From Verrucomicrobiota bacterium (GTDB lineage Bacteria > Verrucomicrobiota > Verrucomicrobiia > Opitutales > UBA953): a DNA stretch of 29,752 nucleotides. The notes below the pieces were generated by a model. That model did no database searches, was not told where the DNA came from, and was given only the letters and a program-made list of their open reading frames with translations. Position numbers and translations under genes: made by a program. Where the stretch lies: the NCBI GenBank assembly GCA_005798925.1, contig SYID01000194.1:1-29752 (forward strand), written 5' to 3'. Within the stretch, counting starts at the first letter, position 1; the number at the start of each line of letters is the position of its first letter. Positions 8,499 to 17,196 of the stretch are shown here, piece by piece.

Positions 8499-9512
8499 TC
8501 AGCGGTTGGCTTCGACCTTCTCTTCGGCGGCGAGCTTGGGCTTGGCCAGCATGACGCCTTCCGGCAGGGGTCCGCCGGCGGCGATCTTCTTCTGGTCGGC
8601 CTCGGCCTTGGCGCGTTCTTCGGGCGGCAGCATCTTCTTGGCCTCCTCGGCTTCCTTGGAGACCGGGAACGAGACGATGATGTCGTAAAGGTAGCGATGG
8701 GAGACGGCTTCGAGCTTCTGGTCGCGCATGGCGGGGCTGTCCATGCCGCGGAACGCGCGGGCGGCGCCGAGGAGGGCCTTGGGGATGAGCTCGGTCTCCG
8801 AGCCGAAGAAGACCGGCACGCGGAGGTAGGTGGTCATCGCGGCCTCGTACTTGCGGTTGGCCAGCAGGGAGTTGCCCTTGACGATGTGGAGGCGGGCCTG
8901 GAGTTCGGGGCTGTCGACCTTGCCGAGCAGGTCGCCGGCTTCGCGGATGACGGCGTCGTGTTCCCCCTTGCGGGCGCGCTGCATCAGGCGGGCGAGCTGG
9001 ATCTGCGTGGCGACTTCGGGTTCCTTCGCGGCTTCTTCCCTTTCGAAGGAATCGAGGAAAGCGGCGGTGGCGGCGTCGTTCTCGAGACGGTCGAGGGCGT
9101 CGAGCTTCACGAGGGCCGCCTTGGTCCACCAGGAGCCTTTGATGGTCTTGAAGGGGGCGAAGAACTTCAGCACGGCTTCGGCGTTGTCGAGGGCCCTGGC
9201 GGGTTCGCCGCGGGTGACGTTGTTCTGGGCCTCCTGGAGGCGCGCGGGCATCGGCCAGATGATCTCGGTCACCTCGGAGAACTTGCGCGTGTCGGTCACC
9301 TCGAAGCCGCCCTGGTTGGTCGTGCGGTCCACGGTGCCCTTGATGACGTTGATGACGCCTTTCTTCGGGTCGACGACGGGCTTGGGCGGGATGGAATTGT
9401 CCAGCTTGAAGGGATCGTTCACTTCCCAGCGTTCGCTCTTGAAGACGAACGTCTGGGCCGACGCGGCGGCCGCGGCCAGGAGGGCGAAGGCGGGGAGGAG
9501 GGTGCGACGCAT
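8499..9512 (-). CDS. Exported tetratricopeptide-repeat protein (337 aa)
   Basis: Signal peptide MRRTLLPAFALLAAAAASA, small beta-rich N-domain, TPR-like helices (LHIVKGNSLLANRKYEAAMTTYLRVPVFF...PKALLGAARAF). Confidence 0.75.
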   Translation of the reverse strand: MRRTLLPAFALLAAAAASAQTFVFKSERWEVNDPFKLDNSIPPKPVVDPKKGVINVIKGTVDRTTNQGGFEVTDTRKFSEVTEIIWPMPARLQEAQNNVTRGEPARALDNAEAVLKFFAPFKTIKGSWWTKAALVKLDALDRLENDAATAAFLDSFEREEAAKEPEVATQIQLARLMQRARKGEHDAVIREAGDLLGKVDSPELQARLHIVKGNSLLANRKYEAAMTTYLRVPVFFGSETELIPKALLGAARAFRGMDSPAMRDQKLEAVSHRYLYDIIVSFPVSKEAEEAKKMLPPEERAKAEADQKKIAAGGPLPEGVMLAKPKLAAEEKVEANR

Positions 9513-9517
9513 GGTGT

Positions 9518-12500
9518 TCAGAGTCCGAGGAGGTAGGCTTTGGCTTCTTCCGCTTCGCGGGTGTCCTTGATGCGGTCTTTCTCGAGCATCTCCTTCAGGA
9601 GCTGCTTGGCGGCGTCCTTCTGGTTGAGCTTGGAGCCGAAGAGCTTGGCGGCGGAGAAGTAGGAACGGGCGGCCCAGACCTCGTATTTCTTCCAGGTCAT
9701 GTAGCAGCGGCGGTAGTAGGCGACGGCCTCGTTGTAGCCTTTCTCGTCGGCGGCCTGGCGTTCGGCGATGAGGCCGAGCCAGTAGAGGGAGGCGGCGGTC
9801 TTCTCGCCGCGCCACTCCTTGGTGCCGGCGATCTCTTCGAACTCCTTCTTGGCCTTCGCGTAGTCGGCCGTCTCGGCGAGGGCGCGGGCCCGGACGAAGC
9901 GCAGGTCGAGCTCCTTGGACATCAGGATGTTGTTCTCGATGGCCTCGTCGCAGAGGGCGAGGGCCTCCTTGTACTTCTTCTCGGCCAGGCGGATTTCCGC
10001 CAGGCCGGCGAAGCCGTAGTCGGCGTATTCGGAGGAGCGGGCGTGTTCGAGGATGTAGGCGAAGAACTCGCCGGCCTTCTTGGTGTCGCCCTTGGCGAGG
10101 AGGGATTCGCCGACGAGGGCGAGGATCGTCGGGTTCAGCTCCTCCGCCTTGAAGTTGGCGGCGATCTTGGCGAAGTTGGCCGTGGTCTTCTCGGGTTCGC
10201 GGGTGAAGACGGCCAGCTGGCCGAGGGCGAAGAAGCCGCGGGCCTGGGCGACCAGGGAAGAGCGGTTCTCCTCGAGCCGGAGGAGCTTGGTGAGTTCCTT
10301 CTCGGCGTCGGCGCTCGTGTAGGCGCCGGGTTCGGGGGTCGCGCCGGCCTTCACGCGCTTGATCTTGCGGGCGAGCTTCTCGGCGAGGAACACGATGAGC
10401 TTCTCGGTGCCTTCCTGCTTGCGGTCGTTGATGGACTCGGCGACGGCGTCGGAGAGGATCTTGAGGGCGCGCTTCTTCTGTTCGGCGATGGAGGCCTGGC
10501 GCTTGACCTCGACCTTGGCGAGTTCGGCCTCGAGGTCGGCGGAGAGCTTCTTGACGGCTTCCTTGCCCGCGTCGATCTCGGGCTTCGTCACGCCCGGCTT
10601 GCGCTCGAGCTGGTCGACGGCCTTGCGGGCGTCGGCGAGCTTGGCGCTGAAATCCTTGCGGACCTTCTCGGCCTGCTGGGCGAACTCGGGCATGTCGCCC
10701 ATGCGTTCGGTGGAGCGGATCACCTCGTAGAGGTAGGTCATGGCCTTCGGGTCGTTATGGTCCCAGTCGAAGATCTCCTTGAAGAGGTCGCGCATGCGCT
10801 TGTGCTCGCCGCGGCCGGGGAGCAGCTTGCGCAGTTCGCCGAGGACGAACTCCAGCGCCTGCGGGTTCTTGCGGGCGCTCTTGGCGGCGGCCTCATAGGC
10901 GTCGATGGCCTTGCCCGTCACGGCTTCCTTCTCCTGCTCGAGCTTGGAGCGGATCTCGACGAACTTGGCCTTGTCGGGCGACTTCAGGTTGACGCGCACG
11001 TCGAGGTCCGCGGCTTTGATCTTCTTGTCGAGCTCCTCGGCGAGGCGCATGTTGGCGTCGCCGACGAGGGTGTGGACTTCGGGGACCTGCGCGACGACGT
11101 CGTCGTTGGTGTCCTTGCCGAAGTCCTTGAGCCAGTCTTCGCAGAGCTTGATCGTCCCGGCGATGTCGGGCGGCTGGACGCCGAACCTGACGATGGCCTG
11201 ACGGTAGCGCACGTCGGGGATGAATTGCCCCTTGGGATATTCGGCCTCGTATTTGTCGAAATCGGCCTTGGTCTCCTTGTACTTGCCTTGGAAGAACGAG
11301 CACAGCGCGGTCATGTACAGGACCTGCTGGCGGACGGGCGAGCGTTCGTACTTCTTGAGGAACGACTCGAAGGCCTTCTGGGCGGGCGCCCAGTCGACCT
11401 GGGAGAAAAGGCAGGCGGCGATGCGGAAGTCGATTTCTTCGGCGATCTCGGGCGTCAGCTCGGCGACGTTGGCCTGGACCCACTTGTAATGCGCGATGGC
11501 TTCCGGGAACTCCTCGCGTTCCTGGGAGATCTCGCCGAGGATCAGCGCGATCTGGGAGACCATCTCGTCCTTGGGGAACTTCTGGATGAATTCCTTGCAT
11601 TTGGCCTGCGCCTCGCTGTTGCGGCCGATGCGGCGCAGGGCGATGATGTGGTAGTAGTAAGCGCCGGAGATGCGGCTGAAGCCCGGGCTGTTCTCGAAGA
11701 TGTCGAGGAAGGCGACGTAGGCCTCCCAGGGGCGCTTGAGCTCCAGGAGGCAGAGGCCGATGCGGTAGGAGATGAAGGCGTCGTAGTCCTTGTTGGCCTT
11801 GAATTCGGCCTCGATCTTCTTGAACTGGTCGAGCTCGGCCTGGGCGCGGCGGATGGCTTCGGCCTGCTCGGGATTGGGCTTCGGGGCCGACTTGGCCATG
11901 GCCTCGAGCTCGTTCTGCTTGGTTTCGATGGCGCGGCCGAAGGAGCGCGTGAGGTTCACGCGGCGCAGCGTGCCTTGGTAGTTGTTCAGCGCCTGACGGT
12001 AGAAGTCGGCGCGGAAGGCCTCGTCCGCGGCGGATTCCGCGGCGGCGAACCGGGCGTCGCCGATCTCGAGTCGCTGGAAGTTGGAGCGCACGACCTCGAC
12101 GGGTGAGCCGCTGCTCTTGGCGTCGATCTCGCTCTTGAGCTGGGTGGCTTCCTTGTTGAGACCGAGCTTGGTGTAGAGGTCGACGAGCCGATAGGCGGCC
12201 TCCCGGCGTTCCGGGGTGCCGATGCCGTCGGCGGTGGCCTGCTTGAGCAGGCCGACGGCCTGGGCATAAGCGGCCTTCTTCACGTCGTCCGGGGAGCTTT
12301 TCGCGCGGTCGACGATGATCTGGGCGGAAAGGGTGAAGGCGTTCACGCGTTCCTCGGGGCGCGCGAGCGTGTTGGTGCGGATCTTCTCGAGGCGGGCGAG
12401 GGCGAGGTCCCACTTGCCCTGCTTGGAGAAGGCCTCGATCAGGAGCAGTTCGGCGGTCCCGCGCCGGTTGTCATTGTCGAAGAAGTCTTCGGTGCCCTTG

Positions 12501-12850
12501 GGGTATTTGTCGAGGAAGGCGCTCAGCTCGGTCTGGGCGCGCGGCCAGTCCTTCATGAAGAACAGGCAGGCCGCCTTGCGGAAAGTCAGGACGGCGCGGA
12601 GCTTGAGTTCGACGTCGGTGGCCATGCCTTCGAGCTCTTCGAACATGGCCAAGGCTTCCTTGTACTTCTTGTCGTCAAAGGCCTTGTCGGCGGACTTATA
12701 AAGGACGGACAAAGGGTCTTCCTGCTTTTCCGCGGTGGGCAGGGGCTTGTTCTGCGCCTTGAGGACGCCGGTGACGGGGGTCACGGCGAGGAGCACGGCA
12801 AGCAGGGCTGCCTTGGCCAGTTGGTAGGTGCGGGACTCTTGGATAAGCAT
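9518..12850 (-). CDS. Large exported tetratricopeptide-repeat protein (~1110 aa), BamD/CpoB-like repeats
   Basis: Signal-like N-terminus (AALLAVLLAVTPVTGVLKA-Q). Many TPR pairs with FLDKYPKG/FIQKFPKD/YEAEYPKG type ends and Lys/Glu-rich coiled-coil inserts. Start 12850 chosen over the track's 12919. Confidence 0.8.
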   Translation of the reverse strand: MLIQESRTYQLAKAALLAVLLAVTPVTGVLKAQNKPLPTAEKQEDPLSVLYKSADKAFDDKKYKEALAMFEELEGMATDVELKLRAVLTFRKAACLFFMKDWPRAQTELSAFLDKYPKGTEDFFDNDNRRGTAELLLIEAFSKQGKWDLALARLEKIRTNTLARPEERVNAFTLSAQIIVDRAKSSPDDVKKAAYAQAVGLLKQATADGIGTPERREAAYRLVDLYTKLGLNKEATQLKSEIDAKSSGSPVEVVRSNFQRLEIGDARFAAAESAADEAFRADFYRQALNNYQGTLRRVNLTRSFGRAIETKQNELEAMAKSAPKPNPEQAEAIRRAQAELDQFKKIEAEFKANKDYDAFISYRIGLCLLELKRPWEAYVAFLDIFENSPGFSRISGAYYYHIIALRRIGRNSEAQAKCKEFIQKFPKDEMVSQIALILGEISQEREEFPEAIAHYKWVQANVAELTPEIAEEIDFRIAACLFSQVDWAPAQKAFESFLKKYERSPVRQQVLYMTALCSFFQGKYKETKADFDKYEAEYPKGQFIPDVRYRQAIVRFGVQPPDIAGTIKLCEDWLKDFGKDTNDDVVAQVPEVHTLVGDANMRLAEELDKKIKAADLDVRVNLKSPDKAKFVEIRSKLEQEKEAVTGKAIDAYEAAAKSARKNPQALEFVLGELRKLLPGRGEHKRMRDLFKEIFDWDHNDPKAMTYLYEVIRSTERMGDMPEFAQQAEKVRKDFSAKLADARKAVDQLERKPGVTKPEIDAGKEAVKKLSADLEAELAKVEVKRQASIAEQKKRALKILSDAVAESINDRKQEGTEKLIVFLAEKLARKIKRVKAGATPEPGAYTSADAEKELTKLLRLEENRSSLVAQARGFFALGQLAVFTREPEKTTANFAKIAANFKAEELNPTILALVGESLLAKGDTKKAGEFFAYILEHARSSEYADYGFAGLAEIRLAEKKYKEALALCDEAIENNILMSKELDLRFVRARALAETADYAKAKKEFEEIAGTKEWRGEKTAASLYWLGLIAERQAADEKGYNEAVAYYRRCYMTWKKYEVWAARSYFSAAKLFGSKLNQKDAAKQLLKEMLEKDRIKDTREAEEAKAYLLGL

Positions 12851-12889
12851 CGGGTGAGGGGGGCGGTCGCTCCGCGTCGGGGGTGTCTT

Positions 12890-12953
12890 GCAATAGCCCA
12901 ACCGCCGGAGGATTGCCAAGCAATAAGCCCCCTGGGAGGGCGATCCCCGGGGG
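12890..12953 (-). promoter_or_regulatory. Weak hairpin after the ArsR gene followed by a candidate promoter for the TPR-exb operon
   Basis: Minus strand: CCCCC-G-GGGA-loop-TCCC-A-GGGGG then CTTATTGC, then TTGGCA (12919-12914)-N18-TATTGC (12895-12890). Confidence 0.35.
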
Positions 12954-12975
12954 TCTGCGCCGGGCTGTGAATAAC

Positions 12976-13911
12976 TCAGGCCGAAGGCTTGAGGCCGGTG
13001 GCGAGGAGCGTCTCAAAGCAGGGCTCCTTGGACTCCTTGGCCACCACCCTGACTTCGGAATGGGCGAAACCGGCCTCCTCGATCCAGTCGTGCAGGTCGT
13101 TTTCCTTGAAGCCCAGCCAGCGGTCGGCGTAAAGCTCCCGCGCCTTCTCGAATCGATGGGCGCGTAGGTCGAGGATGAGCAGCCGTCCGCCCGGTCGCAG
13201 GATGCGGAAAGCCTCGGCCAAGGCCTGACGAGGGTTTTCGGCGTGGTGCAGCGCCTGGCTCAGCAGGGCCAGGTCGATGCTCCGGTCGGCCAGCGGGACT
13301 TTCTCGATGTTGCCGAGCACGTAGGTCAGGTTCCGCAGATGCTCTTTTTTGGCCAACGCCCGGCCGACTTGGACCATGCGCGGCGAGCTGTCGACGCAGT
13401 GCACGCTTTCGGCCTGGCGGGCCAGCAGGCGGGAAAGCGTGCCGTCGCCGGCGCCGAGGTCAGCGATGCGCACGCGGGGCGTCAGGAGGAAGAGCATCTG
13501 GCCGATGGCCTCCCAGGACCTGCCCGGGCAATAATTGCGCCCCAGCCGGTCGGCCACCAGGTTGAAGTGCTGTTCGGCTTTCTGCCGGCGTTTCTCGACG
13601 ATGCGTTGCAGGGCGCGCTGGTCGGCGGCCGTCTTCGGTTCGCGCGCGCAGGCGGCGAGGGCCGCGTCGACGATGCCGTCGGCCCCGGGGAGTTCCCTCG
13701 GGATGGAGTAGAAGGATTTCTTGCCGTCCCGGCGGTCGTGGACGAGGCCCGCCTTGCGCAGCAGCGACAGGTGGGTGGAGATCCGCGACTGGGGGAGGCC
13801 GACGATTTCCTGAAGTTCGCCGACCGAGAGCTCGCCGCGCTGCAGCAGGAGCAGGATGCGGGAGCGCGTCGGGTCCGCCAGAAGGCGCAGGGATTCCCAA
13901 GGGTCGGGCAT
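12976..13911 (-). CDS. ArsR/SmtB-family HTH regulator fused to a class I SAM-dependent methyltransferase domain (SahR-like architecture)
   Basis: LRLLADPTRSRILLLL..ELSVGEL..QSRISTHLSLLRKAGLV..RRDGK HTH; ADLGAGDG SAM-binding motif, VDSSPRM, LSQALHH, ILRPGGRLLILD. Confidence 0.88.
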   Translation of the reverse strand: MPDPWESLRLLADPTRSRILLLLQRGELSVGELQEIVGLPQSRISTHLSLLRKAGLVHDRRDGKKSFYSIPRELPGADGIVDAALAACAREPKTAADQRALQRIVEKRRQKAEQHFNLVADRLGRNYCPGRSWEAIGQMLFLLTPRVRIADLGAGDGTLSRLLARQAESVHCVDSSPRMVQVGRALAKKEHLRNLTYVLGNIEKVPLADRSIDLALLSQALHHAENPRQALAEAFRILRPGGRLLILDLRAHRFEKARELYADRWLGFKENDLHDWIEEAGFAHSEVRVVAKESKEPCFETLLATGLKPSA

Positions 13912-13918
13912 GGGGGCG

Positions 13919-13946
13919 ATGGTGGGGACGTCGGCCGGGATGTCAA
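13919..13946 (-). promoter_or_regulatory. Sigma70-like promoter for the ArsR-methyltransferase gene
   Basis: Perfect TTGACA (13946-13941)-N16-CACCAT (13924-13919), then 7 nt to the ATG at 13911. Confidence 0.55.
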
Positions 13947-13974
13947 AAGAGGAAGCCCCGTCGCCGGGGCTTCC
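13945..13974 (-). terminator. Intrinsic terminator of greA
   Basis: 10-bp stem GGAAGCCCCG/CGGGGCTTCC with 4-nt loop, followed by TCTTTT on the minus strand, 23 nt past the greA stop. Confidence 0.8.
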
Positions 13975-13997
13975 CAAGGTGAACCGCCGCGCCCGGC

Positions 13998-15965
13998 TCA
14001 GCGCTTGTCGGCCCAGCGGCCGATGCGCACCACCGTCCAGGATTCGGCCTTGCCGTTGATGTTCGTCGTGAACGTCTCGCCGGCCTTGTGGTTGAGGAAC
14101 TGCTTGGCCAGCGGGGAGATGTAGGAGAGCACGTTCTGCTCGGGCTTGCCGTCCCAGGCGCCAAGGATGTCGTAGGAGACCTCGGCGTCGTCGGAGGCGC
14201 GGCGGAGCACGATGCTGGAGCCGACGCTGATGGCGTCGCTCTTGGCCTCGCTGAAGTCGGTCACGCGGGCCTTCTTGAGGAGCCCGTCCAGCTCGGCGCG
14301 GCGGGCGGAGAGGGTGTCGTGGTCCTGCCGGGCCATCTTGTATTCGGAATTCTCACGAAGGTCGCCATGCTCCTTGGCGACCTGGATGGCTTCCTTGACG
14401 GCGGGGAGGCGGACCTTGACGATATCCTCGAGTTCGCGCTCCTTCTCCTCCTTGGAGGACTTCGAGACAAGCAGTTCCTTCTCCTCGGCTTCGGAGCCGG
14501 AGTGCTTGGACTTGGCGAGGCGCTGGACGTGCGGCTCGATCTTGGCGAGGCGCGAGAGCAGGGCCTTCTTGGTCATCTCATCGAAGCCCTGGCTGCTCAT
14601 CATCGTGCGGGTGAGGTCGAAGATGGTCTCGCTGTCGGCCTTCCGGCCGCCGGCGGGGGCGAGGATGTGCGCGATGAGCTCCTTGTCCTTGATGAGCTCG
14701 TTGGCCAGCGGGATGCGGGCGGTGGAGTTGGATTCAAGCGATTCGGTGTCGATCGAGCCGAGGATCGCGCCGAGGAGCGACGGAGTGATCAGGCGCCCGA
14801 CGATGTCCGCGTACTTCTTGGAGTCGCGGTTCTTGATGACCCAGATGATGACCGGGGCGCGGAGCTCGCGGGTGTCGAGCCATTGGGCGAAGCGCGTCGC
14901 GACGGCCTCGGCGAGCTCCTGGTCGCAGAGGTAGGCGATGCACTCGGAGACGAGCTTGGCGGAGCCGCTCTTGGTGCCTCCGATGTCGCGGTTGCGGAGC
15001 AGGTCGAAGGCCCGGTCGGCCCAGTTGTCGCCGTGGTGGGCGCGCACCAGGTCCAGCAGGCTGCGGATCTTCTCGGTGGTGTGCGGAATGTTGAGGGCGA
15101 CGAAGGCCAGGTCGGCCTCGGTGCAGAGGGCGATGATCTCCGAGGCGGTCGGACTGACGGTCTCGACGTTCTCCACGGCGGAGCGGAAGAATTTGTCGCG
15201 GTTCCAGATGGCGCCGAGGATCGCGGGCAGGTTGTCGCGGCGTCGCGCGGTCTCGAGCTTGCGGATCTCCTTCAGGAGGTCGGCGGAGACCTTCTCGAGA
15301 TTGGCCGGCGTGGCGGCGGAGCGGGTCTCGGCGGCGGAACTGGAGGCGAGCTCCTCGAGCAGCAGCAGTTTCCGTTCGAAGTTCGGCGCGGTCTCGTACT
15401 GGGCGAAGAGATCTTCGCCGAGGTCCTGCGGGGCTTCGAGGAGGGCGTAGAGACCGCCTTTGCGTTCAGGCACCAGGATGGCGCGGTCCTTGCGGAGGGC
15501 GGCGCGGGCCTTGGTCCACCAGGCCTTGAAGGCGGCTCCGCGTTCCTTGCCGGCGGCCAGGGAGGCGAAATAGATGCGATCGAGGTTGGCCTCGAGGGCG
15601 TAGGAGGTGCATTCGCCGGTGGGATACTCGGCGAGGAGGGCCTTGACGAGGCCGGCGGGGTCGTTGGCGACGAGGTTGGCGATCTCGGCTTTGGTGGCCT
15701 CGGCGTAGGCCTTGGCGACCACGCCGTTGGGGTTGATGAACTCGATCTTGCCCAGGAAGAAGGCGACGTCCATGGCGTGGCTCTTCTTGTTCTGTTCCGG
15801 GAAGTCGATGAGCAGGCGTTTGGCGGCTTCGTCGTAGGAACGGATCACGCCGATGCCCCAGGCTTGATGCAGGCAGAAGGCGGGCTGGCCCGTCGCCACC
15901 AAGTCAAGGGCGGCTTGGAGGGAGTTCGTTTTACCACCTTGTGGGGTCAGGGCCTTGTTGCTCAT
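13998..15965 (-). CDS. greA: Long-form transcription elongation factor GreA (~500-aa N-terminal extension)
   Basis: C-terminal ~150 aa: AKEHGDLRENSEYKMAR, ISVGSSIVL, YDILGAWDGKPEQNVLSYISPLAKQFL. Confidence 0.88.
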   Translation of the reverse strand: MSNKALTPQGGKTNSLQAALDLVATGQPAFCLHQAWGIGVIRSYDEAAKRLLIDFPEQNKKSHAMDVAFFLGKIEFINPNGVVAKAYAEATKAEIANLVANDPAGLVKALLAEYPTGECTSYALEANLDRIYFASLAAGKERGAAFKAWWTKARAALRKDRAILVPERKGGLYALLEAPQDLGEDLFAQYETAPNFERKLLLLEELASSSAAETRSAATPANLEKVSADLLKEIRKLETARRRDNLPAILGAIWNRDKFFRSAVENVETVSPTASEIIALCTEADLAFVALNIPHTTEKIRSLLDLVRAHHGDNWADRAFDLLRNRDIGGTKSGSAKLVSECIAYLCDQELAEAVATRFAQWLDTRELRAPVIIWVIKNRDSKKYADIVGRLITPSLLGAILGSIDTESLESNSTARIPLANELIKDKELIAHILAPAGGRKADSETIFDLTRTMMSSQGFDEMTKKALLSRLAKIEPHVQRLAKSKHSGSEAEEKELLVSKSSKEEKERELEDIVKVRLPAVKEAIQVAKEHGDLRENSEYKMARQDHDTLSARRAELDGLLKKARVTDFSEAKSDAISVGSSIVLRRASDDAEVSYDILGAWDGKPEQNVLSYISPLAKQFLNHKAGETFTTNINGKAESWTVVRIGRWADKR

Positions 15966-16005
15966 TGCAAAAGTGGGTTTTGGGGATAACGATTCTCACT
16001 TGCAA
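15965..16005. promoter_or_regulatory. Overlapping divergent promoters for greA and rlmN
   Basis: TTGCAA at 15965-15970 (+; N17-AACGAT) and TTGCAA at 16000-16005 (-; N17-CAAAAC). The two halves form an imperfect inverted repeat (TTGCAAAAGTG...CACTTGCAA). Confidence 0.5.
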
Positions 16006-16065
16006 GCAGGAAGGCGGCCGGCTCAGGAGTCCCGGCCTCCGCGCTCCGCCGGACCTGCCTCCCCC

Positions 16066-17196
16066 ATGGCCTTTAAGCCCGAAAAACCCTCAATCCACGG
16101 CGAAACCCCCGATACCCTCGGCGAGCGTCTCGTCGCGGCCGGACATCCACGCTACCGGGCGGGGCAGGTGTTCGCCTGGCTGTATCCTCGCCGAGCGGAA
16201 TCCGCCGAGGTCATGACCGATCTGCCTGCCGGACTTCGCGCCTGGCTGGGCGAGCAATACGACTTCGAAGCGACCTCCTTGGTCCAACGCAAGGCCTCCT
16301 CGGACGTCACCCAGAAGATCCTCCAACGGTTGCGGGACGGTTCCCTGATCGAGACCGTCATCATCCGGGCTCCGATGGAGGGGGTCGGACAGGAGAAGTC
16401 CCGCCGCACCATCTGCATCTCGACCCAGGTCGGCTGCGCCTACGGGTGCAAGTTCTGCGCCTCGGGACTCGAAGGCTGGAAGCGAGACCTCTCGGTCGGC
16501 GAGATCGTCTCCCAGCTGGTCCAGGTCTGCCGCATCGAGGACAAGGCCGACCCGGGCCGCGCGGCCGAAGGGCTGGCCTCCTTCGACAATATCGTGGTGA
16601 TGGGCCTGGGCGAGCCGCTCGCCAACTACGACAACCTCCTCGCGGCGCTGCGCATCGTCAACGCCGCCTGGGGTTTCGGGTTCGGCGCCCGCAGGGTGAC
16701 CATCTCCACCTCGGGCGTCGTCCCCAAGATCCTCAAGCTGGCCGAGGAGCCGCTGGGCTTCCGCCTCGCGATCAGCCTGCACGGCGCGACCAACGAGGTC
16801 CGTCAGCAGATCATGCCGGTGAACCGGAAATTCCCGCTGGAGGAGCTGATCCCGGCGGCCAAGGCGTTCGCCCGCAAGCACGGCCGCATGCTCACGCTGG
16901 AGTTCATCCTCATCGAGGACATCAACGACTCGCTCGACCAGGCCAGGCGCCTCGCGGCGATCGCCCGCGAGCTGCACGCGCATGTCAATCTCATCCCCTA
17001 CAACAAGGTCGAAGGCCTGCCGTGGGTCCGCCCTTCCCTGACGCGCCAGGACCGCTTCGTGAAGGAGCTCCGCGCCCTCGGCGTGACGGCCACCTTGCGT
17101 CGGGAGAAGGGGCATGACATCGACGCCGCCTGCGGCCAGCTCCGCCTCCAGAAGGAGAAGGAGCTGCGCCTCGATCCGCCGCCCGCGGCCGCCTAG
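16066..17196 (+). CDS. rlmN: 23S rRNA (adenine-2503-C2)/tRNA methyltransferase, radical SAM
   Basis: TICISTQVGCAYGCKFCASG (CxxxCxxC), MGLGEP, TISTSG, LAISLH, VNLIPYN, GHDIDAACGQL. ATG at 16066. Confidence 0.93.
   Translation: MAFKPEKPSIHGETPDTLGERLVAAGHPRYRAGQVFAWLYPRRAESAEVMTDLPAGLRAWLGEQYDFEATSLVQRKASSDVTQKILQRLRDGSLIETVIIRAPMEGVGQEKSRRTICISTQVGCAYGCKFCASGLEGWKRDLSVGEIVSQLVQVCRIEDKADPGRAAEGLASFDNIVVMGLGEPLANYDNLLAALRIVNAAWGFGFGARRVTISTSGVVPKILKLAEEPLGFRLAISLHGATNEVRQQIMPVNRKFPLEELIPAAKAFARKHGRMLTLEFILIEDINDSLDQARRLAAIARELHAHVNLIPYNKVEGLPWVRPSLTRQDRFVKELRALGVTATLRREKGHDIDAACGQLRLQKEKELRLDPPPAAA

Noticed and set aside
12976-13911. Arsenic/metal resistance locus (ArsR or ArsM)
   Set aside because: No Cys metal site in the HTH, none of the multiple Cys expected for ArsM evident, and no ars/cad genes nearby.
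16066-17196. Cfr-type antibiotic resistance methyltransferase
   Set aside because: It has the RlmN-type GEP and DIDAACGQL, sits in a housekeeping context and has no mobile element.
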